A stretch of 64,000 nt of DNA from Hydrurus foetidus (GCA_900617105.1 UYFQ01000006.1:620001-684000), one strand, 5' to 3'. Shown: positions 20,208 through 33,668, counted from the stretch's first letter. A program made the numbers and translations. The notes: a model not told the origin generated them from the sequence alone.

Positions 20208-20257
20208 TGCCCTGCGCTACGATGGCGGCAGGTACCCCTGCCAATGGAGATTTCTTC

Positions 20258-21415
20258 ATGACTGCCTGCTTCCCTTCTGCATTTTTTCGCCAATCAGCCC
20301 TGTCCGCGTTGCTGGGCCTGAGTCTTGTGGCTTGTGGCTCAAGCGACGGGGCCGCTGTCTCTGCCTCCATTACGCCGGTGGTAAGCGCACTGCGCACCAC
20401 CCTTAAAAGCCCCTGGGGCATGGTTTACCTGCCCTCGGGTGAACTGCTGATTACGCAAAAAGAAGGCAGCATGGTGCGTGTGAGTGGTGACGGTAAAACT
20501 GCCACAACCATCACCGGAGTGCAACCCGTCAATGCAAGCGGCCAAGGGGGCTTGCTGGGTTTGGCACTCGATCCCGACTTTGCCACCACGCCCTGGGTGT
20601 ACTGGAGCTACTCCGAACCAGGTATCGGCAACCAAACGGGCTTGACTGGCACGGCTGTAGCGCGAGGGCGCCTCGCTGGTAACGACCTGCAAGACGTGAC
20701 TGTGATTTTCCGCCAGCAACCCAAAACCTCGGGCAGCGTCCACTACGGTTCACGCTTGGTGTTTGCCCCCGACAAGACGCTGTTCATCACCCTGGGCGAG
20801 CGCCAGCTGGGCAGTCCAGCGCAAGACCTGTCGCAAACCCTGGGCAAAGTGGTGCGGATTCGCCGCGATGGCAGCATCCCTGCGGACAACCCTGGCTTAG
20901 GCTCCACCTCCCTGTCCGGCATCTGGAGCCTGGGCCACCGTAACCCCCAAGGCGCGGCACTGCACCCCGGCACAGGTGAGCTCTGGGTCAGCGAACACGG
21001 GCCGCAAGGTGGGGATGAAATCAACATTGCACGCGCTGGCGGTAATTACGGCTGGCCTGTCAAAAGCTACGGCTGCAATTACGGTAGCCCCGTCGGCGAG
21101 GCGTGCCGCATTGGCGCGGGCACCCACGCCCCGGCGTTCACAGAACCACTGACCACCTGGGTACCCACGTCGATTGCCCCCTCCGGCTTGATGTTCTACA
21201 CCAGCACGCAAATACCGCAGTGGACAGGAAGTTTGTTCATGGGCTCGCTGGCCGGGCAAGCGCTGTGGCGGATGACGGTGAGCGCAGGTGCCGTGGTGGC
21301 ACGCGAACGGCTGCTGGGCGAATTGAATGAGCGCATCCGTGATGTTGCGCAGGCCCCAGACGGGGCCATCATGCTGTTGACGGACAGTGGGAAGCTGCTG
21401 CGGCTAGGGCGCTGA
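20258..21415 (+). CDS. PQQ-dependent sugar dehydrogenase (YliI/Asd, GSDH family), lipoprotein
   Basis: Lipobox LVAC. GQGGLL, HYGSRL, GHRNPQG, EHGPQGGDEIN and RIRDV motifs. Confidence 0.92.
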   Translation: MTACFPSAFFRQSALSALLGLSLVACGSSDGAAVSASITPVVSALRTTLKSPWGMVYLPSGELLITQKEGSMVRVSGDGKTATTITGVQPVNASGQGGLLGLALDPDFATTPWVYWSYSEPGIGNQTGLTGTAVARGRLAGNDLQDVTVIFRQQPKTSGSVHYGSRLVFAPDKTLFITLGERQLGSPAQDLSQTLGKVVRIRRDGSIPADNPGLGSTSLSGIWSLGHRNPQGAALHPGTGELWVSEHGPQGGDEINIARAGGNYGWPVKSYGCNYGSPVGEACRIGAGTHAPAFTEPLTTWVPTSIAPSGLMFYTSTQIPQWTGSLFMGSLAGQALWRMTVSAGAVVARERLLGELNERIRDVAQAPDGAIMLLTDSGKLLRLGR

Positions 21416-21444
21416 CCGCAGCAAGGGGGCGACACCGACCGCAA

Positions 21445-23943
21445 TTACACCGGAAGTACCACAGGCTTGGTCTTCCAGATGGTGTGCGCGTATTCCGCAA
21501 TCGTCCGATCCGATGAGAACGGCCCCATACCAGCCACGTTGAGGATGGCCTTGCGCGTCCAGGCGTTCGGATCTTCGTAGAGCGCGTCCACCTTGGCTTG
21601 CGCCTCGATGTAGCTGGTGTAATCGGCCAGCAGCAGGTAGTGGTCACCCCAGTTGACCAGGGTGTCGAAGATGTTTTGGAAACGGGCCGGCTCGTCGGGC
21701 GAGAACAGACCATCGCGGATACCGTTCAGCGCCCGTTGCAGCATGGGGTTCTCTTCGTAGTACGCGCGTGGCTGGTAGCCTTTGGCGCGGATCTCGGCCA
21801 CCTCGGGGGTGGTGTTGCCGAAGATAAAAATGTTGTCCGCACCCACGTTGTCCAGCATCTCGACGTTCGCGCCGTCCAGCGTGCCGATGGTCAAGGCGCC
21901 GTTCAAGGCGAACTTCATGTTGCCGGTGCCTGAAGCCTCGGTGCCAGCGGTAGAGATTTGCTCTGACAAATCGGCGGCCGGAATAATCATTTCAGCCAAG
22001 CTCACGCTGTAGTTCGGGGCAAACACCACCTTCAGCAAATCGCCCACACGCGGGTCGTTGTTGACGGTTTTGGCCACACCGTGGATCAGCTCAATCACCA
22101 ATTTGGCCATGTGGTACGCCGAAGCTGCCTTGCCCGCAAACACCACCACGCGCGGCACCATGCTGGTGGCGGCCAGCTCGGGGTTGTCCAGAATTTGCTG
22201 GTAACGGGTGATGACGTGCAGCACGTTCATCAGCTGGCGCTTGTACTCGTGGATGCGTTTGACTTGCACATCGAACAAGGCGCTGGGGTTGATGTCCAAG
22301 CCCAAATGCTGCTTGACCCACACGGCCAAACGCTGCTTGTTGACCTGCTTGGCATGGCGGAAAGCACCGACAAAAGCGGGTTGCTCTGCCATGTGGCGCA
22401 ACGCGTCCAGCTGGCCCAAATCACGCCGCCAGCCGCGCCCAATGCGCTGGTCAAGCAAGGCCGCCAGCGAGGGGTTGGCCTGTGCCAACCAACGGCGCGG
22501 GGTCACGCCATTGGTTTTGTTGTTGAAGCGCTCAGGGAAGAGTTTGGCAAAGTCAGCAAAGATGGACTGCTTCATCAACTCAGAATGCAAGCCCGACACG
22601 CCATTGATCGAGTGGCTGGCCACCACAGCCACGTAGGCCATGCGCACGCGGCGCTCGCCGGATTCGTCGACCAAAGAGAGGCGACGCATCAACTCGGTAT
22701 CGTGGCCGTGCTTCTCGGTGACAGAGGCTAAAAAGTGCGCGTTGATGTCGAACATGATTTGCAAATGGCGCGGCAGCACGCGGCCCAGCATCTCCACAGG
22801 CCACGTCTCCAACGCCTCATGCATCAGCGTGTGGTTGGTGTATGAGAACACCTTTTGCGCGTAACCCCAGGCGGTGGCCCAAGGCAGTTGGTGCTCGTCC
22901 AGCAGCAAGCGCATCAGCTCAGGGATGGCCAGCACGGGGTGTGTGTCGTTCAGGTGGATACTGACTTTTTCGGGCAGTTGCTCAAAGCCCACATGAGAGC
23001 GCAAATAGCGGCGGATCAAGTCCTGCAAACTGGCACTGACGAAGAAATACTCTTGCTGCAAACGCAGCTCGCGGCCCGATGCGGTGGAATCGTCCGGGTA
23101 CAGCACGCGAGAGACGTTTTCGGAGTGGTTTTTGCCCTCCACAGCCGCCATATAGTTACCTTTATTGAAGGCGGACAAATCCATCTCTTCGGTGGCACTG
23201 GCCGACCACAGCCGCAGCGTGTTGGTGGCCTGGGTGCCGTAACCGGGGATGATGGTGTCGTAGGCCATCGCCAGCACGTCATGTGTATCTACCCAGACCG
23301 CTACTTTTCCAGTAGCACTGTCGCGCTGTTCCACGTGCCCGCCGAAGCGAATACGGTAGGTGAGTTCGGGGCGCTGGAATTCCCAGGGGTTTTGCTTGGT
23401 CAGCCAGTAATCAGGCGCTTCCACCTGACGGCCATTGACGATGGTCTGGCGGAACATGCCGTATTCATAGCGGATGCCGTAGCCAAAGCCGGGCACGCCC
23501 AGCGTCGCCATCGAGTCCAAAAAGCAAGCGGCCAAACGGCCTAAGCCGCCGTTGCCCAGCGCTGCATCAGGCTCCAATTCGGCCAACTCGTCGTAGTCCA
23601 CGCCGAAATCAGCAAGGGCTTGGCGCACCGTGTTTTGCAGCTCCAGCGCGAGGATGGCGTTGGTGAAGGTGCGACCAATCAGGAACTCCATAGAGAGGTA
23701 GTACACGCGCTTGAGGTCTTGGGCGTACTGGGCGCGGGTGGTGGCCAGCCAGCGCTCCATCAGCTGGTCACGCACGGCCAAGGAGGTGGCACGCAGCCAG
23801 TCGTCGGTGCGCGGGGCCACAGGGTCGCCAAAGGCTGCCAGCGGGTCTTTACCGATGGCGTAAATCAGCTTGTGGGCGATGGCGCGTTTGAAGGCAGCCA
23901 CATCGGCTTCGGGGTGGTCGTAAACAGGTTCTTGGAGGCTCAT
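21445..23943 (-). CDS. glgP: Glycogen phosphorylase
   Basis: [29 protein letters not shown] and EASGTGNMK (PLP site). Confidence 0.98.
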   Translation of the reverse strand: MSLQEPVYDHPEADVAAFKRAIAHKLIYAIGKDPLAAFGDPVAPRTDDWLRATSLAVRDQLMERWLATTRAQYAQDLKRVYYLSMEFLIGRTFTNAILALELQNTVRQALADFGVDYDELAELEPDAALGNGGLGRLAACFLDSMATLGVPGFGYGIRYEYGMFRQTIVNGRQVEAPDYWLTKQNPWEFQRPELTYRIRFGGHVEQRDSATGKVAVWVDTHDVLAMAYDTIIPGYGTQATNTLRLWSASATEEMDLSAFNKGNYMAAVEGKNHSENVSRVLYPDDSTASGRELRLQQEYFFVSASLQDLIRRYLRSHVGFEQLPEKVSIHLNDTHPVLAIPELMRLLLDEHQLPWATAWGYAQKVFSYTNHTLMHEALETWPVEMLGRVLPRHLQIMFDINAHFLASVTEKHGHDTELMRRLSLVDESGERRVRMAYVAVVASHSINGVSGLHSELMKQSIFADFAKLFPERFNNKTNGVTPRRWLAQANPSLAALLDQRIGRGWRRDLGQLDALRHMAEQPAFVGAFRHAKQVNKQRLAVWVKQHLGLDINPSALFDVQVKRIHEYKRQLMNVLHVITRYQQILDNPELAATSMVPRVVVFAGKAASAYHMAKLVIELIHGVAKTVNNDPRVGDLLKVVFAPNYSVSLAEMIIPAADLSEQISTAGTEASGTGNMKFALNGALTIGTLDGANVEMLDNVGADNIFIFGNTTPEVAEIRAKGYQPRAYYEENPMLQRALNGIRDGLFSPDEPARFQNIFDTLVNWGDHYLLLADYTSYIEAQAKVDALYEDPNAWTRKAILNVAGMGPFSSDRTIAEYAHTIWKTKPVVLPV

Positions 23944-24011
23944 GGCATCGTGGGCTGATGAAAAGTCAGCAGAGTTAAATTAAAAAGAGGTGGTTTGCAT
24001 CACGTCGCCCA

Positions 24012-25466
24012 TCACGCCGACAAAGCAGACTCGTACAAAGCAACGTACTGTGCCGCCGCGTGCTGCCAGCCCAAGTCTTGGCGCATGGCGCGGGCACGCA
24101 CACGGTTCCACTCGGGGCGTTGCGCGAAGAGGGCAAAGGCGCGGCGCACAGCGCGGTCAAACGCAGCGGGGGTGAAATCATCAAACACAAAGCCATTGGC
24201 GTCACCGTCGGCCAAGTCTTCCAGCGAGCAGTCCACCACCGTGTCGGCCAAGCCGCCCACGCGGTGAACCAGCGGCAAACTGCCGTACTTCAGGCCGTAC
24301 ATCTGGGTGAGTCCGCACGGCTCGAAACGTGAGGGCACCAGCGTCACATCGCTGGCGGCAAAGATGCTGTGGGCAAAACTTTCGTCGTAACCCAGGCGCA
24401 CCGAGACCGACTCAGGCTGCGCCGCAGCACGGGCACGGAAAGCGTCTTCCATCGCCACGTCCCCGCTGCCCAGCAGCACCAACTGGCCGCCACGCTCGAT
24501 CAGCGCATCCAAGCCAGCCAGCACCCAGTGCAGGCCCTTTTGCTCGGTCAGACGGCTGACCACGCCAAAGAGCGGCGTATCGGCTTGCACCGTCAAGCCC
24601 AGCGCTTCTTGCAAAGCGGCTTTGCAACGCGCTTTACCACCGGGTTTACGGGCATCGAAAGCATGGGAAATCAAGGGGTCACTGGCAGGGTTCCACACCG
24701 TGTCGTCCACGGCATTCAAGATGCCAGACAGCGCACCCGCGCGCGCGCGCAGCAGGCCATCCAGCCCACAGCCCTGCTCGTGGGTTTGAATCTCCAGCGC
24801 GTAAGTGGGGCTGACGGTGGTGATACGGTCAGCGTAAAACAGCCCTGCTTTCATGAACGAAATTTGACCGTGGAATTCAAGGCCATCCACCGCAAACGCC
24901 TCACTGGGCAAGCCCAGTTCGCCAAAATGGTGTGCGGCAAACACGCCCTGGTAGGCCAAATTGTGGACGGTGTAGACACAGGCCACGTGAGGATGCTGCG
25001 ACTGTGGTTGATAGGCCATGTAGGCCGGTGCCAGCGCCGCGTGCCAGTCATGGCAATGGACGACTTGCGGCTGCCAATCCGCGTCCAGCCCCCGCGCCAA
25101 CTGCGCCGCCACAAAACCCAGCAGGGCAAAGCGACGGTGGTTGTCGGCGTAAGGCTGCTTGTTGGCATCCTCATACGGGTTGCCAGGGCGGTCGTAGAGG
25201 TGCGGTGCGTCGATCACATAGGCGATGGTGTCCACGGCGGTTAGATGGCCCCGCAGAAGCGTAACGCGATCACCCCAGGGGGCAGACAACTCGCACAGCG
25301 TTTGCGCGTCTTGCAGGTCCCTCAAAATAGGGGCAAAGCCGGGCAGCAACACACGCGGCTCGCAGCCCGCAGCGACCAGCGCCGCAGGCAGCGCACCCGC
25401 AATGTCAGCCAGCCCTCCGGTTTTGAGCAGAGGGAAAATTTCAGCGCTGACTTGCAGGATGTTCAT
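24012..25466 (-). CDS. glgA: Glycogen synthase
   Basis: KTGGLAD, HDWH and PSRFEPCGLTQ motifs. Confidence 0.98.
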   Translation of the reverse strand: MNILQVSAEIFPLLKTGGLADIAGALPAALVAAGCEPRVLLPGFAPILRDLQDAQTLCELSAPWGDRVTLLRGHLTAVDTIAYVIDAPHLYDRPGNPYEDANKQPYADNHRRFALLGFVAAQLARGLDADWQPQVVHCHDWHAALAPAYMAYQPQSQHPHVACVYTVHNLAYQGVFAAHHFGELGLPSEAFAVDGLEFHGQISFMKAGLFYADRITTVSPTYALEIQTHEQGCGLDGLLRARAGALSGILNAVDDTVWNPASDPLISHAFDARKPGGKARCKAALQEALGLTVQADTPLFGVVSRLTEQKGLHWVLAGLDALIERGGQLVLLGSGDVAMEDAFRARAAAQPESVSVRLGYDESFAHSIFAASDVTLVPSRFEPCGLTQMYGLKYGSLPLVHRVGGLADTVVDCSLEDLADGDANGFVFDDFTPAAFDRAVRRAFALFAQRPEWNRVRARAMRQDLGWQHAAAQYVALYESALSA

Positions 25467-25512
25467 AGCGTTTCAGGTTCTGACTTGGCACCCAAGATGC
25501 AAAGTCTGTGGG

Positions 25513-26799
25513 TTACTTCAGGGCGGCCAGCATTTCGCGGGTGATGAGCACCACGCCGTCGTCAGTGCGCTCAAAGCGCTGCGCGTCCAGTGCGGCATCG
25601 TCGCCAACGACCATGCCTTCAGGAATCACACAGCCCCGGTCAATCACCACCTTGCGCAAGCGGCAATGCCGGTGAATGGTCACATCCGGCAAGATAACTG
25701 CCTGCTCGATATGGCAAAAGGAATGCACCCGCACCTCAGAAAACAGCACCGAATTCGACACATGCGAACCCGACACAATGCAGCCGCCCGACACCAAGGT
25801 GTTGACCGCCACACCGTGCTTGCCGGTGGCATCGGGTACAAACTTGGCCGGTGGCAGCTGACGCTGGTACGTCCAGATCGGCCATTCGGTGTCATAAATA
25901 TCGAGCTCAGGGATGGTGGAGGCCAAATCCAGGTTAGCCGACCAGAATGCATCTATCGTGCCAACGTCACGCCAGTACGCGGCCACGCCGGGCACGCGTG
26001 AGACGCACGACATGCTGAACGGGTGAGCCAACGCACGGCCTTCGGACACCGCACGGGGAATCACGTCTTTGCCGAAATCATGGGCGGAATCGGGGTTGGC
26101 CAAATCCTCTTCCAGAAGGCGGTAGAGGTACTCGGCATCGAACACGTAAATGCCCATGCTGGCCAACGCGATGTCGGGGTGGCCGGGCATCGCAGGTGGG
26201 TCAGCGGGTTTTTCAACAAAGGCGGTCACGTTGCGGTTGTCGTCCACAGCCATCACGCCAAAGGCCACGGCTTCCATGCGTGGCACTTCGATGCAACCCA
26301 CCGTGCAGCCTGCACCGCGCTCAACGTGGTCTTTGAGCATCAGCGAATAGTCTTGCTTGTAAATATGGTCGCCCGCTAGGATCACGATGTACTCGGGCTT
26401 GCTGGAGCGGATGATGTCCAGGTTCTGGAAAATCGCGTCTGCCGTGCCCCGGTACCAATGTTCTTCACCCACCCGTTGCTGCGCGGGCAACATGTCCACC
26501 ATCTCATTCAACTCAGCCCGCAAAAAACTCCAACCGCGCTGCATGTGGCGCATCAGCGAATGCGATTTGTACTGCGTCACCACGGCCATACGGCGAATAC
26601 CTGAGTTCAGGCAGTTCGACAACGGGAAATCAATGATGCGGAATTTGCCACCGAAATACACCGCCGGTTTGGCGCGTTTGTCGGTCAATTGCTTGAGGCG
26701 CGTGCCCCGGCCTCCGGCCAAAACCAAAGCTACTGTGCGGCGCACCAGCTGGTGCGCTTGCAGCTCTTTCTTAGGAATGGCGTCTGTTTTACTTGTCAT
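25513..26799 (-). CDS. glgC: Glucose-1-phosphate adenylyltransferase
   Basis: [28 protein letters not shown] and YWRDVGT motifs. Confidence 0.98.
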   Translation of the reverse strand: MTSKTDAIPKKELQAHQLVRRTVALVLAGGRGTRLKQLTDKRAKPAVYFGGKFRIIDFPLSNCLNSGIRRMAVVTQYKSHSLMRHMQRGWSFLRAELNEMVDMLPAQQRVGEEHWYRGTADAIFQNLDIIRSSKPEYIVILAGDHIYKQDYSLMLKDHVERGAGCTVGCIEVPRMEAVAFGVMAVDDNRNVTAFVEKPADPPAMPGHPDIALASMGIYVFDAEYLYRLLEEDLANPDSAHDFGKDVIPRAVSEGRALAHPFSMSCVSRVPGVAAYWRDVGTIDAFWSANLDLASTIPELDIYDTEWPIWTYQRQLPPAKFVPDATGKHGVAVNTLVSGGCIVSGSHVSNSVLFSEVRVHSFCHIEQAVILPDVTIHRHCRLRKVVIDRGCVIPEGMVVGDDAALDAQRFERTDDGVVLITREMLAALK

Positions 26800-26863
26800 G
26801 GTTGTCTCCTGTTGGATCGGTTATTTAGGATTATTTTGGGGTGTTTTGAAAATCTGAAGGCGT

Positions 26864-28555
<1,692 letters not shown>

Positions 28556-28636
28556 TCAAATTGGAGTGAATTGGAGGCTCAGCGATAACCATTCGCAGTA
28601 CGTAACTGGCAATTTATGGTTGCTAAACTCACAAAT

Positions 28637-28650
28637 TCAAAGCGCTTTGA
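28637..28650. promoter_or_regulatory. Perfect 14-bp palindrome between divergent pgm and rsbQ-like genes (possible operator)
   Basis: TCAAAGCGCTTTGA. Confidence 0.35.
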
Positions 28651-28804
28651 GTCTATCTGCATGGCTCAAATAAACGGCGGGTACTAACCCGTAACCGAAC
28701 ATCTATGGTGCGAGGTTTTAAATCGTCCAGACAAATTAGTCACGGGAATCCGCAATAATGGTTTCTGGTAAATACGGCTGGAGACTCGCGTGAACAAAGA
28801 TGTG

Positions 28805-29617
28805 ATGAATGCAAACTTACTTATAAGAAACAACGTCACCGTTCTGGATGGCGATGGCCCCGTGTTGCTTTATGCCCATGGATTTGGGTGCAACCAGAAC
28901 ATGTGGGATCGCGTGACGCCGGCGTTTTCCTCATCCTGTAAGCAGGTTTTGTTCGACTACGTGGGCAGCGGGCGATCCGACATTGCAGCCTTCGATTCAG
29001 ATAAATACGCAAATCTCAGCGGCTATGCCCAAGATGTCCTTGATGTTTGCGATGCTCTGGATTTGAAGAGCGGCGTCATTTTCGTTGGGCATTCTGTCAG
29101 TTGCAGTATCGGACTACTTGCTTCCATTGCCCGCCCCAGTCTGTTCGCTAAGTTAATACTTATTGGCCCCAACCCATGCTTCGTAAACCATACACCCGAG
29201 TACGTCGGTGGTTTTGAGAAAGAAGACCTGGAAGGGCTTCTGGCCTTAATGGACCAAAACTACATTGGTTGGGCGAACTATCTTGCGCCGGTGGTTTCGG
29301 CACAGGATGAAACCGGTGCAGTGACAGCAGAACTTTCCGAAAGCTTTTGCTCTACCGATCCACAGGCTACAAAGGTTTTTGCGCGCACGACGTTCTTTTC
29401 CGATAACCGGGCGGATTTGCCCAAGGTCACAGTGCCTTGCCTGATTCTGCAACACCGTACAGACACCCTTGCTCCCGTCAGTGTGGGCGAATATGTGCAT
29501 GCCCACTTAGACGGGAGTACATTGAAAGTGCTGGAAGTACAAGGCCACTGCTCCCACATGAGCGAACCCACGCTGGTTATTGATGCCATGCGCGAGTTTC
29601 TTGCCTCAACCACTTAG
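28805..29617 (+). CDS. RsbQ-like alpha/beta hydrolase (RsbQ/KAI2/D14 family)
   Basis: RNNV, HGFGCNQNMW, FDYVGSG, GHSVS, FCSTDP, TFFSDNR and GHC.HMS motifs match B. subtilis RsbQ. Confidence 0.88.
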   Translation: MNANLLIRNNVTVLDGDGPVLLYAHGFGCNQNMWDRVTPAFSSSCKQVLFDYVGSGRSDIAAFDSDKYANLSGYAQDVLDVCDALDLKSGVIFVGHSVSCSIGLLASIARPSLFAKLILIGPNPCFVNHTPEYVGGFEKEDLEGLLALMDQNYIGWANYLAPVVSAQDETGAVTAELSESFCSTDPQATKVFARTTFFSDNRADLPKVTVPCLILQHRTDTLAPVSVGEYVHAHLDGSTLKVLEVQGHCSHMSEPTLVIDAMREFLASTT

Positions 29618-29631
29618 TCGGCAAGGCCATC

Positions 29632-31269
29632 GTGCCAACATTTGATCAGCTGCCCTGCCCGGCTTTGGTGACCGACCGGACTGGCTTTGTTCAATCAGTG
29701 AATCAAAACTTGCTGGAACTTGTAGGCGGAGTTAAAGACAATTGGCTCGCAAGGCCAATGGATCTGATGTTCCCTATGGCGAGCAGAATATTCCTGCAAA
29801 CGCACATCTGGCCCATGCTGTTACGCGAAGGTCATATCCGAGAAATCCGCCTGCAAATTTTGGATGATGGGCAGAATAAAGTGCCCGTTTTTGTCAACTG
29901 CCAGAAGTCGACCATTGATACAGTTGAACAGTTCATATGGATCTTCTTTGTGTCGATTGAACGCAGTCGTTTTGAGCAGGCGTTGCTGGAAGCCAAGCAA
30001 AGGGCTGATGTTTCATCAGCCAAACTCGCCAAGAGCGAGAGATTCATCCGCACGGTTGCTGATGCAATGCCAAGCATGATCGCCTATTGGGATCAGCAGA
30101 TGCGGTGTCAATTTGCAAACGAGGCGTACTTGGAGTGGTTTGGACGAACCCCTCAGGAAATGATGGGGTTGTCGATGTCAACAGTCTTGGGCACTGGCTT
30201 GTTTGAACAGAATTTGCCCCACATACAAGGCGCGTTGGCAGGTGAGCGCCAAGAGTTTGAGCGTGCCATTCTGAGGCCTGATGGCACTGTTGGATACACA
30301 TTGGCCAATTACGTTCCGGACATTGGTCCGAATGGAATCATCCAGGGATTCTTTACGCTCGCAACCAACATTAGCCGACTGCGGGAAGCAGATGCGGCGA
30401 TTCGACTTTCGGCAAGTGTGTTTGAAGCCACGTCTGAAGGCATCATGGTGACGGATACAGCGGCCATGATTGTTTCAGTTAACCCAGCATTCACCGTGCT
30501 CACTGGTTACACATCAGAAGAAGTAGTTGGCCAAAATGCACGCATCCTGAACTCCGGACGCCATGACACAGCTTTTTTTAGCGCCATGTTCCAGCAATTG
30601 CACGCAACCAAATTATGGAAGGGTGAAATCTGGAGCAAGCGAAAAGATGGCTCGATTTATCTGGAGCGGCTTTGCATTTCTGCAATATGCAACGAAGCCG
30701 GTGAGGTCAATCGCTATGTGGGTGTATGTGCCGACATAACCCAACAATGGGAAAAAAACCAGCGAGTGCAGCACATGGCTTTGCACGACGGTCTGACAGG
30801 TTTGCCCAATCGCTCACTGTTCATGGAACGCGTTGGCCAATTGATCGCCATGTCGGCCCGTGAGCCACGTCACATTGCATTGATGTTTCTCGATTTGGAT
30901 GGGTTCAAATTGGTCAATGACACCTGGGGCCATGAGATGGGTGACCAGGTGCTAAAGACTGTTTCTACTCGTCTGGTGGGGTTGGTTCGACCATCTGACA
31001 CCGTAGCGCGCCTTGGGGGAGACGAATTCGTCATCTTGCTCGACAACCCTGAAAGCCGGGACAACGTCGCCATAATTGCCTCACGGGTGATCGCTGATGT
31101 AAACAACCCAATTAGTTTTAACGGGAAAACTGCGCATGTGGGCACCTCAATTGGACTCGCATTTTTTACAGGAAGAATTACGTCGCCAGATGAGCTACTC
31201 AAAAATGCTGACGACGCCATGTATGAAGCCAAAGTTGCAGGAAAGAATACATACCGTTTTTCAAATTGA
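29632..31269 (+). CDS. Diguanylate cyclase with three PAS domains (N-terminal RsbP-type PAS)
   Basis: N-terminal ASRIFLQTHIWPML..G.IREI resembles the RsbP PAS. Two more PAS domains follow, then HDGLTGLPNR, DLDGFK.VND, I-site RPSD and an intact GGDEF. Confidence 0.93.
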   Translation: MPTFDQLPCPALVTDRTGFVQSVNQNLLELVGGVKDNWLARPMDLMFPMASRIFLQTHIWPMLLREGHIREIRLQILDDGQNKVPVFVNCQKSTIDTVEQFIWIFFVSIERSRFEQALLEAKQRADVSSAKLAKSERFIRTVADAMPSMIAYWDQQMRCQFANEAYLEWFGRTPQEMMGLSMSTVLGTGLFEQNLPHIQGALAGERQEFERAILRPDGTVGYTLANYVPDIGPNGIIQGFFTLATNISRLREADAAIRLSASVFEATSEGIMVTDTAAMIVSVNPAFTVLTGYTSEEVVGQNARILNSGRHDTAFFSAMFQQLHATKLWKGEIWSKRKDGSIYLERLCISAICNEAGEVNRYVGVCADITQQWEKNQRVQHMALHDGLTGLPNRSLFMERVGQLIAMSAREPRHIALMFLDLDGFKLVNDTWGHEMGDQVLKTVSTRLVGLVRPSDTVARLGGDEFVILLDNPESRDNVAIIASRVIADVNNPISFNGKTAHVGTSIGLAFFTGRITSPDELLKNADDAMYEAKVAGKNTYRFSN

Positions 31270-31415
31270 CCTGTATACGACCACCTCCAGACTGGGTCGA
31301 GGTGCGCGGCCATACAAGACTCTTCTTTCGCAACCAAATAGGGCAAGGGATAGGCTAAGTTTTTCAGATACAGCAACAAAATAAGCTCAATGGAGCCGTC
31401 GGGAATAATCAGGCT

Positions 31416-33647
31416 ATGCATCTGAACGCGCCTGATACCCCGACCTCCCCTGCCCAGCCGGCCTACACCAGCACCGAGGGCATCTCCCCCGCCCTGCTGG
31501 ACAAAGCCCAGACCCGGCTCGAACTCTTGTACGGCCAGGTCGCGCTGACGTGGCCCGGCTTCATCGCCCGCCCCGGCCAGTACGAAATGATGCACGCCGC
31601 GCTGCTCACCTTCCTCAGCGCCAAAGCCCCGGACGACAAAGACCGCCCTGGCCGCCACCTCGCGCAGCTGGAAGCGGGCACCGGCACCGGCAAGACCGTG
31701 GCCTACTGCCTCGCCGCCATCGTCGCGTCCGAGCTGCTGAACAAGCCCGTCATCATCTCCACCGCCACCGTGGCGCTGCAAGAGCAGTTGTTCAACAAAG
31801 ACCTGCCCCGCCTCGCTGAGATCATCCCTGAGCTGAAATTCGACATCCTCAAGGGGCGAGGCCGCTACATCTGCGAAAGCCGTCTGGAAGGCGCTTTGCA
31901 CGACGATGGGCAAGACAATTTGCTGGGCACAGAATTCCAAGAAGCCTTTGCCGATGCCCGCTGGCAACCCCAAGGTCTGCCCCGCGACAACGCGGAGGCC
32001 GTGCGCTGGTTCAAAAGTGCCTCCAAAAAGCTCAACAGCGGCAAGTGGAACGGCGACATTGACGGCCTGGACGTTCAACCCGACCCGGACGACTGGCGCC
32101 AAGTACAGGCCAGCGCCCACGCCTGCAACGGCGGGCGCTGCGAATTCTTCAAAAGCTGCGCCTTCTTCAAAGCCCGCCGCCAAGCCGCCACCGCTACGTT
32201 GCAAGTCGCCAACCACGCGCTGATCCTCGCCACGCTGCAAACCGAGAGCACGCTGATCGACGCGGGCAACACGCTGTTTGTGTTCGACGAAGCCCATCAC
32301 CTGCCCACCATCGCAGGCGACCAGTTCTCGTACCGCGCCCGCCTGGGCACCAGCACCAAACTGCTCACCGCCCTGCGCACCATCGCCATTCGCCATGGCC
32401 GGGGCCTGCCCGCCAGCACCCGGCCTGACCCCGTAGCCTTTGCGCAAAGCATCACCGAATGCACCGACAAATTCGCCATTCTGGAAGACTACCTGGCCCA
32501 AGCCCAACTGGTCAGCGCTGAGCCCCCCAGCAAAACCACGCACCGCTTCACCCACGGCCAAATCCCAGAAGAGTTGATCCCCGAATGCGCACAGCTCGCC
32601 AGCCAGTTGCGCAACATTGGTGGCATCGTCAATGGCGTGGCCGAAGCACTGAAGGAGCCTGACGAATCCAAATCCCCTGCCGAGCGCGACGAGCAAACCC
32701 GCGCCGGTGTCGAGCTGGGCGTGTACCTCTCGCAACTCACCACGCTGGAAAACCTGTTCCACGCCTGGGCCACGCACGACAAAGTGCCGTGGGCCAAATG
32801 GCTGGAATATGCCCCTGCACCGGTGCGCCCCACCGGCTTGCCCACCTCCACGCCCGACGCTTGGCTGTGCGCCAGCCCCATGACGGCGGCGCAACTGCTG
32901 TCACGCGGCTTGTGGAAAAACGTGAGCGCCGCAGTCTGCACGTCCGCCACGTTGACGGCCTGCGGTAATTTCGATTTCTTCGACCGCCTGAGCGGCCTGA
33001 ACCGCTTCCCCGAGCGCCGTGCCCTCATCGTTGCCAGCCCCTTTGACTACAGCACCCAAGGCGAGCTGCGCATCGCCAAAATGCAGCACTCGCCCAAAAG
33101 CCCCGGTTTCTCAGACGAACTGTGCCAAACCCTGCCCGGCCTGCTGCGCGAACACCACCACGGCCAGCTGGTGCTGTTCACCTCCAAACGCCAAATGCAA
33201 GCCTGCCACGCCGCCCTGCCACGCGACCTGCTGGAGCAAACCCAAATGCAAGGCGAACGCTCGCGTACCGAGCTGCTGAAAACACACGGCCTGCGGGTAG
33301 ACAACGGCGAACGCAGCATCCTCTTTGGCCTGCAATCCTTCGGCGAGGGCATCGACCTGCCCGGCCAACTGTGCGAACACGTGGTGATCGACAAACTGCC
33401 CTTCACTCCGCCCAACTCCCCCGTAGAAGAAGCCCTGGCCGAATGGCTGAGTGCGCAAGGCCGCGACCCGTTCACCGAGATCTCCGTCCCCAGAGCCGGC
33501 ATGAAGCTCGCGCAGTGGGCGGGGCGAGGCGTACGCACGGTGACAGACCGAGCGGTGATTACCGTGTGCGATACACGGCTCGCAACGATGCGCTACGGCG
33601 CGGCGATCTTGGCGGGGTTGCCTCCGTTTCCGGTGGTGCGGATGTGA
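31416..33647 (+). CDS. dinG: ATP-dependent DNA helicase, DinG family
   Basis: RPGQ, EAGTGTGKT, Fe-S cysteines (RYIC; C.GGRC..FKSC), DEAH, TSATL, EGIDLPG and Q..GR.VR. Confidence 0.9.
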   Translation: MHLNAPDTPTSPAQPAYTSTEGISPALLDKAQTRLELLYGQVALTWPGFIARPGQYEMMHAALLTFLSAKAPDDKDRPGRHLAQLEAGTGTGKTVAYCLAAIVASELLNKPVIISTATVALQEQLFNKDLPRLAEIIPELKFDILKGRGRYICESRLEGALHDDGQDNLLGTEFQEAFADARWQPQGLPRDNAEAVRWFKSASKKLNSGKWNGDIDGLDVQPDPDDWRQVQASAHACNGGRCEFFKSCAFFKARRQAATATLQVANHALILATLQTESTLIDAGNTLFVFDEAHHLPTIAGDQFSYRARLGTSTKLLTALRTIAIRHGRGLPASTRPDPVAFAQSITECTDKFAILEDYLAQAQLVSAEPPSKTTHRFTHGQIPEELIPECAQLASQLRNIGGIVNGVAEALKEPDESKSPAERDEQTRAGVELGVYLSQLTTLENLFHAWATHDKVPWAKWLEYAPAPVRPTGLPTSTPDAWLCASPMTAAQLLSRGLWKNVSAAVCTSATLTACGNFDFFDRLSGLNRFPERRALIVASPFDYSTQGELRIAKMQHSPKSPGFSDELCQTLPGLLREHHHGQLVLFTSKRQMQACHAALPRDLLEQTQMQGERSRTELLKTHGLRVDNGERSILFGLQSFGEGIDLPGQLCEHVVIDKLPFTPPNSPVEEALAEWLSAQGRDPFTEISVPRAGMKLAQWAGRGVRTVTDRAVITVCDTRLATMRYGAAILAGLPPFPVVRM

Positions 33648-33668
33648 GTTGGGATGGAATTTCGTATG

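Noticed and set aside
30870..32894. 674-aa minus-strand ORF
   Set aside because: Antisense shadow of dinG and the GGDEF gene. No recognisable motifs, and such ORFs are expected in GC-rich coding DNA.
31416..33647. DinG as part of a type IV CRISPR-Cas system
   Set aside because: No cas genes or repeat-spacer array in the window. The protein looks like an ordinary Fe-S DinG.
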